Virus record (IMG/VR): IMGVR_UViG_3300045988_116134
Span: 1 to 31,363 of that record
Strand: one strand, 5' to 3'
From: a virus
Length of the DNA stretch: 31,363 nucleotides
In this document: positions 1-7,029 of the stretch, in pieces
How the letters are laid out: the number at the start of each line of letters is the position of its first letter
How positions within the stretch are numbered: position 1 is the stretch's first letter
Made by a program: the position numbers and the translations under genes
Notes under the pieces: model-generated
What the model saw: only the letters and a program-made list of their open reading frames with translations
What the model was told of the DNA's origin: nothing
Database searches by the model: none

Positions 1-141
1 ATATCTTTACGATGACAAGATTGTTATTTATTTTAATGGCTCTAACAGTGCGAATACTGTAGATTATGCGACTGTTTGTGAAGATTTAAAAAAATTTGAA
101 GCAGAAGAAAAAGTTCGCATACGGAACGCTATGCCCTGCCA
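1..141. repeat. Terminal overlap: bases 1-141 are identical to 31223-31363 (circular contig closure)
   Basis: Direct comparison of both ends found no mismatch. The integrase ORF reads continuously across the junction. Confidence 0.95.
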
Positions 142-211
142 TAATGCTCAGCATACGAACTACATTATATCCAATGTGGCTTGTGTGTTCGGAATGATAG
201 CTAGACGATAA
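1..211 (+). CDS. Large serine recombinase (integrase), C-terminal end; continuation of 29844..31363 across the circular junction
   Basis: The frame starting at base 2 (YLYDDKIVIYFNGS...) is the same frame as the ORF open at 31363. The stop TAA is at 209-211. The joined ORF is 529 aa. Confidence 0.9.
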   Translation, partial: YLYDDKIVIYFNGSNSANTVDYATVCEDLKKFEAEEKVRIRNAMPCHNAQHTNYIISNVACVFGMIARR

Positions 212-227
212 GTCTAGCTATTTTTTT
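198..227 (+). terminator. Rho-independent terminator after the integrase
   Basis: TAGCTAGAC-gataa-GTCTAGCTA forms a perfect 9-bp stem followed by T7. The integrase stop codon lies in the loop. Confidence 0.75.
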
Positions 228-268
228 ATAATTTTTTTAAAAAAATTAAAGAAATTTTGAAAAAACAC

Positions 269-297
269 TTGACTTTCTACACTAATTAGTGTATAAT
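269..297 (+). promoter_or_regulatory. Sigma-A-type promoter of cassette 1
   Basis: TTGACT (269-274), 17-nt spacer, TATAAT (292-297). Confidence 0.7.
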
Positions 298-306
298 ATA
301 ATCAAA

Positions 307-340
307 GATAAGGAAAGGAAATAAAAAAACAATCCTTATC
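307..340 (+). promoter_or_regulatory. Inverted repeat in the 5' leader (candidate operator or RNA hairpin)
   Basis: GATAAGGA (307-314) - N18 - TCCTTATC (333-340), just downstream of the predicted transcription start. It is identical in copy 2. Confidence 0.45.
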
Positions 341-367
341 AAAAAATAAAAAAGTGAGGAAAATAAA

Positions 368-604
368 ATGAAAGTTGAAATCAAAAACAATCGAATCTAT
401 ATGAATGGTGTTTTGGTAACGCCTAACACCAACGGAACTAATGGCAAGACAGTTCAAGGAACTTCAGCTAAAGGTTTATGGTTCAAAGGTATTGTAGATG
501 GTAAGTCCTATACCATCTACAAGAGAGATCTAATGAAGCCTGGTGCTGACCCTTACGAGGTTCACAACGTATTCTTCAATTACTGTAGAAACGAGGTTGA
601 GTAA
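368..604 (+). CDS. Hypothetical 78-aa protein, first gene of cassette 1
   Basis: ATG is preceded by a GTGAGG Shine-Dalgarno (SD) sequence. The stop overlaps the next start (TAATG). I recognise no family. Confidence 0.65.
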   Translation: MKVEIKNNRIYMNGVLVTPNTNGTNGKTVQGTSAKGLWFKGIVDGKSYTIYKRDLMKPGADPYEVHNVFFNYCRNEVE

Positions 605-1044
605 TGAACGTGAAGAAAACCATTGAAGAGGCAGTAGCGTTCAACTGTAAGAAATTGAGCCTACCTAAGCCTACTGTTAACTATGAACCACCTACAGAAT
701 TTAACACACCGACCACAAAGGCCGGTGTGGACCCAAAAAAGATTAACACTATAGGCGTAAATACTTCAACAAAATGGGAAAGTCCTATGGAAATTTGGTG
801 GGTGATTTCCCACGAAATGCGGCATCTGTGGCAAATTCAAACTAACTACTGTAAGTTAGTTAAACAAAAATACTCTAACTTGCAAGATTATGCTAAGCGT
901 CCTGAAGAAGTAGACGCCAATGCTTGGGGAATTTATGTTACTGCGATTAAATTTCAATCTCGTCCACTGCTAGAAAACGTGTATGGTCAAGATGTGTGGA
1001 AATTAATCGCAAAGAGGTTTAATGAAATTATTGAGGGAGATTAA
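604..1044 (+). CDS. ImmA/IrrE-like (COG2856/DUF955-type) zinc metallopeptidase, 146 aa
   Basis: HExxH motif in VISHEMRHLW, plus a downstream EEVDANAWG resembling the E-x-x-AN-x-FA signature of the family. Translationally coupled to the upstream ORF. Confidence 0.55.
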   Translation: MNVKKTIEEAVAFNCKKLSLPKPTVNYEPPTEFNTPTTKAGVDPKKINTIGVNTSTKWESPMEIWWVISHEMRHLWQIQTNYCKLVKQKYSNLQDYAKRPEEVDANAWGIYVTAIKFQSRPLLENVYGQDVWKLIAKRFNEIIEGD

Positions 1045-1049
1045 AAAAA

Positions 1050-1241
1050 ATGACTTTAAAAGAATTAAGAATTAAAAAGGGACTAACTCAAGCGGAACTT
1101 GCGGAGCAAACTGGCCTTAGCATTAGACTCATACAAAAATATGAGCAAAACGCTCAAGATCTAAATCGAGTCTATGCAATTACAATTTATAGACTCGCGA
1201 AAACACTTGATTGTAGATATGAAGATTTATTAACAATTTAA
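1050..1241 (+). CDS. Small XRE-family helix-turn-helix protein, 63 aa
   Basis: LKELRIKKGLTQAELAEQTGLSIRLIQKYEQ is a canonical XRE HTH. There is a GAGGGAGA SD upstream. Confidence 0.85.
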   Translation: MTLKELRIKKGLTQAELAEQTGLSIRLIQKYEQNAQDLNRVYAITIYRLAKTLDCRYEDLLTI

Positions 1242-1248
1242 TTTAAAA

Positions 1249-1278
1249 TAACTAGACGATAAGTCTGGCTATTTTTTT
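1249..1278 (+). terminator. Degenerate copy of the integrase terminator, downstream of the HTH gene
   Basis: TAACTAGAC-gataa-GTCTGGCTA followed by T7. The stem has one A.C mismatch and one G.U pair. Confidence 0.55.
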
Positions 1279-1318
1279 ATAATTTTTTGAAAAAATTAAA
1301 GAAATTTTGAAAAAACAC

Positions 1319-1347
1319 TTGACTTTATACTCTAATTAGTGTATAAT
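1319..1347 (+). promoter_or_regulatory. Sigma-A-type promoter of cassette 2
   Basis: TTGACT (1319-1324), 17-nt spacer, TATAAT (1342-1347). Confidence 0.7.
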
Positions 1348-1356
1348 ATAATCAAA

Positions 1357-1390
1357 GATAAGGAAAGGAAATAAAAAAACAATCCTTATC
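1357..1390 (+). promoter_or_regulatory. Leader inverted repeat, copy 2
   Basis: GATAAGGA - N18 - TCCTTATC, identical to 307..340. Confidence 0.45.
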
Positions 1391-1418
1391 AAAAAATAAA
1401 AAAGTGAGGAAAGTAACT

Positions 1419-1610
1419 ATGAAAATCAAGCCTGAAAATTTAGCAAAAACTCTATTAAAAAGAGCATATCAAAATGATTTTGACGCAGAACAAGAAAAAA
1501 GCATTAATAATGTGCTTGACAGAATCAAGGAAAGTGCAGAAGCTAAAGGCAGTACCTTTGCTGATGATTATGCCGAATTTTATCAATTGTTGCTTAATCT
1601 TGCTGATTAA
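1419..1610 (+). CDS. Hypothetical small acidic helical protein, 63 aa
   Basis: ATG at 1419 lies 9 nt after the GTGAGG SD. The ORF-track start at 1404 is a GTG inside the SD itself. The protein is rich in D/E (DFDAEQEK, ADDYAEFY). Confidence 0.65.
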   Translation: MKIKPENLAKTLLKRAYQNDFDAEQEKSINNVLDRIKESAEAKGSTFADDYAEFYQLLLNLAD

Positions 1611-1621
1611 GTAACAAAAGC

Positions 1622-1656
1622 AAAAAAAGGCTACTCAATCGAGTAGCCTTTTTCTT
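1622..1656. terminator. Bidirectional terminator between cassette 2 and the endolysin
   Basis: AGGCTACTC-aatc-GAGTAGCCT forms a 9-bp stem, flanked by A7 upstream and TTTT downstream. It sits between convergent genes. Confidence 0.8.
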
Positions 1657-1667
1657 ATGCTTTATAA

Positions 1668-2621
1668 TTAATAAATGTAATAACTTCTGCCTGCGTTGTC
1701 GGAGTCAAGTAACTTTGCGTACTTGCAGCCTTTATACTTTCCACTTTCAATAGTGCAGATAATTCTGCACTTGTGACTTGATTCGATTTTTGTATCAGTC
1801 TCAAACTTTTTTTCAAACTTATCAAGTCTACGCACTCTAGTACCAGCCTTGATAGTGATAGTCTTGTAGTTAGAGTGACTGTAACTACTTCCTAAATGGC
1901 TGCCGGCCATCCAACCTACTGTGTTGCCGGCCTTGACTTTAACCCATCCGGCTCCGTCATCAGATAGTACCGTTACTGTTTTACCTTTTTTTAAAGTTTT
2001 AAGTTTTGCACTAGCATTACCGATTGGGTCCTTAAAACCGTACTTATACAGTCCTGCATTACCTTGTAGTTTAAATTTCTCTTTTTTCTGTAGTTTCTTA
2101 GTTACAGTTTTCGCCAACTTGCCTAATCGACCATAGAGCCAATTGCCTGGGCAACTCTTATTATCAAACCATCTATGGACAGTTAGCACCATTTCATCAG
2201 ACTTAGGCTTGTAGCTTAGCGACTTGCTTTTACTATTGAACCACAGTAGCTTCTTCTTGTTGTTTCTCTTGCAAATATCAACACACAAATTCACAAGAGA
2301 TTTGTATACTTTACGATTCATAGCATAAGGTTCTTCAAGTCCACTAGCACATTCAATGGTAATAGCCCTCTGGTCGTTTGCGTTACTAGAAGAACACCAA
2401 CTACGGTTTTTCTCCTCAACAACAAGTGCTACTCTACCATCTGTGCCAATACCATAGTTGCAACTTGCCTCTCTTGATGGGCTTGTAAAGCAATTACAAA
2501 TAGATTCAGCTGACAACTGACCAACCACACAATGTGGTGTGATCCTGTCAATGGTGTGGGTTCTCTGTCCTGAATGATTTGGACTTAATTTAGTTACACT
2601 TACAAGTTTACTGTTACTCAT
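1668..2621 (-). CDS. Endolysin: N-acetylmuramoyl-L-alanine amidase (Amidase_2/PGRP-like) with a C-terminal SH3b-like wall-binding region
   Basis: N-terminal motifs (ITPHC, SCNYGIG.DGR, AITIE, SCPG) fit amidase_2. The C-terminal GWVKVKAGNTVGWMAGSHL is SH3b-like. The gene follows the holin. Confidence 0.85.
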   Translation of the reverse strand: MSNSKLVSVTKLSPNHSGQRTHTIDRITPHCVVGQLSAESICNCFTSPSREASCNYGIGTDGRVALVVEEKNRSWCSSSNANDQRAITIECASGLEEPYAMNRKVYKSLVNLCVDICKRNNKKKLLWFNSKSKSLSYKPKSDEMVLTVHRWFDNKSCPGNWLYGRLGKLAKTVTKKLQKKEKFKLQGNAGLYKYGFKDPIGNASAKLKTLKKGKTVTVLSDDGAGWVKVKAGNTVGWMAGSHLGSSYSHSNYKTITIKAGTRVRRLDKFEKKFETDTKIESSHKCRIICTIESGKYKGCKYAKLLDSDNAGRSYYIY

Positions 2622-3079
2622 TATTCATCCTTACTTTCTTCTGCGTCTGTTTTCTTTTCAACTGTTACTTTTAACCGTTTAATGATATTTGTCAAAAATT
2701 TAGGAATTGGAGTGCCAATTTCAGCCAAATTTTCGAGGATTGAGATTAACTCATTGATGATAAACCAAATCGTTACCACTAAACCGATATAGTAGCTTAG
2801 TTTAATATCAGTCCCTAATAGCATTAGAGCCTCTGAGATTATGTAATCTGCGATAATAGCAACTGCTACAGTTGCAAGATAACCGACCTTTTTTAAGATG
2901 CCAATGACACCGATACGGCTATTAAGTGTATGACTAACATATGCTTGAGCCATGCCTGACAAGTAATCAATAATCATTACTACTATTAGTACAATAAGTG
3001 GTACTAACAAGATATTAAGATAAGCAGCTATTGCTGCTGATACAGCTGTAAAAATTCCTTGTAAAAAATTCATTTTCAT
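2621..3079 (-). CDS. Holin (phage_holin_4_1 / TcdE-like family)
   Basis: Starts MKMNFLQGIF and has several TM helices. IDYLSGMAQA...GILKKVGYL matches the family core. The ATG at 3079 overlaps the stop of the upstream gene (ATGA). The longer ORF-track start is unlikely. Confidence 0.8.
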   Translation of the reverse strand: MKMNFLQGIFTAVSAAIAAYLNILLVPLIVLIVVMIIDYLSGMAQAYVSHTLNSRIGVIGILKKVGYLATVAVAIIADYIISEALMLLGTDIKLSYYIGLVVTIWFIINELISILENLAEIGTPIPKFLTNIIKRLKVTVEKKTDAEESKDE

Positions 3080-5100
3080 TTTTTTAACTCTCCTTCCTTT
3101 GTCATTAAATAAGTTAATGCTGTAAATTCGGCGTCTGAATATTGATAAAAGCCTTCGTCTGCTGGATGTACGCAATCTTTACAATACTCAACTGTTTTTT
3201 CAGACCTTTTGTTTACTTTTGTATTTTCCATTGTCATATTGTGTAATACATCGACTTGACAACTCATTTGCACAAAAGTTACGTAATCGTAACTATTAGC
3301 AATCTCTTGATATAGTTTGTTTAAGTCATATACATATTTATTTTGGCGAACCTGTGGCATTGTGTTACCATACGATTTGCGATAATGAGGGTACATATAA
3401 TGATAGCTTTCAAGTATGATTTTGCAATTTGGAAAACCTATGTGTGTGTTTTCAATCAACTTTTTGGCTCTCGTTTTCAAGTCAGACCAATTAAATTTAC
3501 TTGCAAAAGCACCGTTTTCGTAATCGTTCCAACCTAGCAGAATTACAAGATAATCAAGTTGTGTTTCGTTCAAAGCGTTTTGGACAAAATGTTTCATTGA
3601 GATATTGTTGTAGCTATCAACCCAAAGATAGTTGTTTGGGTATGCAGATGGTAAAGTATTAGGATTTTCGGTGTAGTTTGCCCAGCTATATCCACCTGTT
3701 CCAGTGAATTTATTACCGCTACCTTGACCAATTGACCTACCAATTAGCTTTGTGTCTGTTAAAGTAGTTTGACTTATTAAGTTAGCAGTTTCACCACTCC
3801 TTACTGCCATACCTGTAAAGCTATCACCAAGATACATAATGCGTCTTGTAGTATTAGCAAGTGCTGATATGTCAGCAACATAGATTTTAACTCTTTTACT
3901 GTCAATCACCTTGCCAAATCTGTCTAAAAGTTGAAATAATGGTAAATCGTTAGGTTTTCTCAAAGTCTCATCTGTGTAGTCAGCAGGACATTTGATAGTA
4001 ATTTTGTCACTATATTCTGTAATATATCCTGACAAATTGACAAGTCTTACATTATATTTGTTCTCAACATATTCATAGCTGCTGTAGTACATCCCATATT
4101 TAAATAGTTCAAGTGTCCCGCCTTTTTGAATATAAAAAGCGTCCGGTAAATCAAGTTTACAAATTTCGTTTGCTAATGCATATCTTGTGTCATTTTCTGC
4201 GATTGTATTAATACTTTTTCCTTTGATATGTGCTTCTGCAATCTTACTAAAGTCCGTACCACCGTACCAAAGCCAAATAATGTACTTATATCCAGCGACA
4301 GGACTAAATATAATTTTGTTTTTGGTATCTGCAATAGGTTTGACAAACTTATCGTTAGTATCATATTCAAAAACACTAGCATATAATGTTGGTCTATCCG
4401 TTGTAATTATCACATTGCTATATTGTGATAGGTCGAGTTTATTTGTTATGAAAGCTGACCCATCTTTTTCTTCGCCGGTTGCTTTGTCAATTGAACCAAT
4501 TTTATAATTGTAATGTAGATTGTAATAGCCGGTCGAAGTTGTAGATATGTCTGTCGCATTTTGCTTTATGTTAGTTTCAGACGTGATAAGTCTATTGATA
4601 ATATCATCAGCACTTTTAAGCTTGTCAATATTATCAACAAGTGTCTGTACTCTATCAGCTTTATCTTCAATGTCTTTGATTTCGATTAGTGCGTCAAGCA
4701 ACTTTCCAAACTCTCGACTTGCAACAATTTCTGATTCATCAGAGATTACAGACTCAGCAACTTTCACAATAAAAGTTGCTGAAGTTACAAACTGTTGATT
4801 GTCTTGCAAGACAACTTCGCAATTCAGTAGTCCCGGCGTATCCAACATAATCTTAGTTAATTCAACTGTGATAACATTATTTGTTGTATTAACTACAGCA
4901 GTATTGACTGCTTTAGTTTTGTTATTAATACTTGCTTTGACTGTCGCTACATAGTTACTAGATAAGGTGATAGTATTTCCATTTTCTGTGAGAGTGATGT
5001 CGATAAATCTCGTCTTGCTGTCGCCCTGATGGGCATTGAGTACCGTAAACGCTCTAGTGTCATTAACATCTAGAGTGATTTTTTGATGTTGCAGTTGCAT
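3076..5100 (-). CDS. Receptor-binding/baseplate protein: BppU_N-like N-terminus plus C-terminal SGNH/GDSL hydrolase
   Basis: N-terminus KITLDVNDTRAFTVLNAHQGDSKTRFIDITL is BppU_N-like. SGNH blocks are present: YLGDSFTG, LGWNDY, DCVHP (DxxH). The position is after Tal. Confidence 0.7.
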   Translation of the reverse strand: MQLQHQKITLDVNDTRAFTVLNAHQGDSKTRFIDITLTENGNTITLSSNYVATVKASINNKTKAVNTAVVNTTNNVITVELTKIMLDTPGLLNCEVVLQDNQQFVTSATFIVKVAESVISDESEIVASREFGKLLDALIEIKDIEDKADRVQTLVDNIDKLKSADDIINRLITSETNIKQNATDISTTSTGYYNLHYNYKIGSIDKATGEEKDGSAFITNKLDLSQYSNVIITTDRPTLYASVFEYDTNDKFVKPIADTKNKIIFSPVAGYKYIIWLWYGGTDFSKIAEAHIKGKSINTIAENDTRYALANEICKLDLPDAFYIQKGGTLELFKYGMYYSSYEYVENKYNVRLVNLSGYITEYSDKITIKCPADYTDETLRKPNDLPLFQLLDRFGKVIDSKRVKIYVADISALANTTRRIMYLGDSFTGMAVRSGETANLISQTTLTDTKLIGRSIGQGSGNKFTGTGGYSWANYTENPNTLPSAYPNNYLWVDSYNNISMKHFVQNALNETQLDYLVILLGWNDYENGAFASKFNWSDLKTRAKKLIENTHIGFPNCKIILESYHYMYPHYRKSYGNTMPQVRQNKYVYDLNKLYQEIANSYDYVTFVQMSCQVDVLHNMTMENTKVNKRSEKTVEYCKDCVHPADEGFYQYSDAEFTALTYLMTKEGELKK

Positions 5101-5102
5101 AT

Positions 5103-6299
5103 TTATTTCTCCTTTTTAAATAAATTTGCTAAAGATTTTTTAGGTGTGCCTAACTCGATAGTTGTATATCGCTCTAATAGAGAGTCAAATACTACTTTAG
5201 TTACTTTTGCCTTTGCAGTCGATTGCAAAGTTGGAAAATATACTGATACAATATCACACAACGCTATATTCTTCATTTCTTCGAGTTCGCTTTCTGTTGT
5301 AATAGTTAAAGATACCTTCGGTACTGTCAATTGATTTGCTTTAGAATACGCTTCTGTTGCATTGTAAATGTTAAGATAAACGGTTGCGCCCGGCGTGTTC
5401 ATATCCATTTTTTTAGATTTAAGTGTCTCCGTTAAATCCAATTCTAAAATTTTTCGGTGAAAAGTTATGTCACTAATAAGAGGGTACACATAAGGTCCGC
5501 CGTTCCGGTGAAGGTTAAGAATTCCGTATACGATTTCATTCGTTGAAGTATCTTTGCTAAGCTCAACTTTCACATACGGATAGATGTGTGTGTACATTTT
5601 CTCTATATTCTTTTCTTGCTGAAAAGATTTAAGGTTAACGCCATATTTAATTACAAGATCTTTTTCTGTTCCTCTTGACTTCAAAAAACTAATATCAAAG
5701 TTATTCCATTTGAATTCTCCTTTAAAAATTTGCAATAGTGATTTGGAATCGTCACCAAGAAAATCTCCAATTGTGCGAATGGAGTGTATATCTACTTTGT
5801 CTGATTCTGTTGTAATGTCACTTGCAAAAATAAATTCTTTGTCTTTAAATATTGCACCATTTTCAAAATTTTGACTATATACAAAATCAAAAATTTCTTT
5901 CGGTGTGCCGGTGTGCACACCGTATGAAAAATGACTGTCTGTAGCTAAATAATATCCACCTTGAATTAAATTGTAATTCAAAAAATAATGAATATGCCTG
6001 CCGGCAAAAGTTCTCTTTCTGTCCGTAATCGTTGAATTTTCTGAATATAGTTCAAAAATCTGTGGGACCTGCTGAGGGTTAGCCTTTAACTTGACAAATT
6101 TTCCGACTTCAACTTTTTTTGATAGTGGGTCATTATCGGAGATAACTACAGTAATTGAGCATTCAAAAATGCCATTTCTTTCTTCCGTGACGGTGCATTC
6201 TGTACATGTTGTTAAAACTCCTAGACCGTTTGTGTTAAGCAATTCTTCTTTTGTAGAGTTTTCGCTGTACAAAATTGGTAACACTATAATCGCCTCCAA
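5103..6299 (-). CDS. Tail-associated protein (Tal; prophage tail endopeptidase family N-terminal region)
   Basis: Position after Dit. The N-terminus NGLGVLTTCTECTVTEERNGIFECSI is typical of siphovirus Tal / minor structural protein. Confidence 0.7.
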   Translation of the reverse strand: MEAIIVLPILYSENSTKEELLNTNGLGVLTTCTECTVTEERNGIFECSITVVISDNDPLSKKVEVGKFVKLKANPQQVPQIFELYSENSTITDRKRTFAGRHIHYFLNYNLIQGGYYLATDSHFSYGVHTGTPKEIFDFVYSQNFENGAIFKDKEFIFASDITTESDKVDIHSIRTIGDFLGDDSKSLLQIFKGEFKWNNFDISFLKSRGTEKDLVIKYGVNLKSFQQEKNIEKMYTHIYPYVKVELSKDTSTNEIVYGILNLHRNGGPYVYPLISDITFHRKILELDLTETLKSKKMDMNTPGATVYLNIYNATEAYSKANQLTVPKVSLTITTESELEEMKNIALCDIVSVYFPTLQSTAKAKVTKVVFDSLLERYTTIELGTPKKSLANLFKKEK

Positions 6300-7024
6300 T
6301 TCGGGATGATTTTGACTTTTGTCCCTGAACTAGCTTGAACACTAATAGAATTTAAGCCAGTTGAGAGGGTCGGAAAATACACGCCATTTACACATTCGTT
6401 ATGAATTTCGCTATTCATAATACAATTTCGATTTTCTGTGTCGATAATGGCAGAACCGGTGATGTTTTTGACCGTAAAAGTGCGTCTGTTCGCGTAGAAT
6501 GTAATTGTCTTATTTTCTCCCTCGACAGAAATTAAAATTTTGGGATATGATATTTCTTGCTCAGGATTGTAAAGTGTTATTGGTGCTATAAGAGTAGCAC
6601 TACTAACATCAATAGCCTTTTGCCCCTCGTAAGAGTACAAAAACGGTTCACAAGTGAATTTTACGGTAGTCCTCATAATACCGGCATTACCGGCTAGTAA
6701 ATCAGATATATCAGTAACTATAGCGTTATAGAAACAACCTTCCATATAATCTAGATATAGTTGACTATATTCAGTACCGATAAACCATTCAGATAGCCTT
6801 TTTCCTAGCTCTGCAATATTTAGCTTGCAGAGCGTAGGAAGAAAGGCAATCTGTTCTTCAAGCTCAATTGAATTATACGACAAATTATTTTTAACAACTT
6901 TCTTGCTTCGTCCTGGGATGTCAACTAGTTCAATGTTTGGCATCGCAAACTTGCGTTTCTTCTGTTCTTCAACCACTCCGCCAAGTTCGCTTAACCAATT
7001 GTCCTTGAATTTTAAATCAAACAT
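6284..7024 (-). CDS. Distal tail protein (Dit, siphovirus tail component)
   Basis: Lies immediately downstream of the tape measure. The size and N-terminus are typical of the family. Confidence 0.65.
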   Translation of the reverse strand: MFDLKFKDNWLSELGGVVEEQKKRKFAMPNIELVDIPGRSKKVVKNNLSYNSIELEEQIAFLPTLCKLNIAELGKRLSEWFIGTEYSQLYLDYMEGCFYNAIVTDISDLLAGNAGIMRTTVKFTCEPFLYSYEGQKAIDVSSATLIAPITLYNPEQEISYPKILISVEGENKTITFYANRRTFTVKNITGSAIIDTENRNCIMNSEIHNECVNGVYFPTLSTGLNSISVQASSGTKVKIIPNWRRL

Positions 7025-7029
7025 CTATA

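Larger units (their letters stand above)
197..362 (+). repeat. Terminator-promoter-leader module, copy 1 (near-identical to 1248..1412)
   Basis: Hand alignment shows about 6 differences, including one 1-nt indel, over ~165 nt. Confidence 0.9.
1248..1412 (+). repeat. Terminator-promoter-leader module, copy 2
   Basis: Near-identical to 197..362. It even retains the CTAGACGATAA that forms the integrase 3' end in copy 1. Confidence 0.9.

Noticed and set aside
1404-1418. GTG start at 1404 proposed by the ORF track for the cassette 2 gene.
   Set aside because: That GTG is part of the GTGAGG SD shared with cassette 1. The ATG at 1419 has correct spacing.
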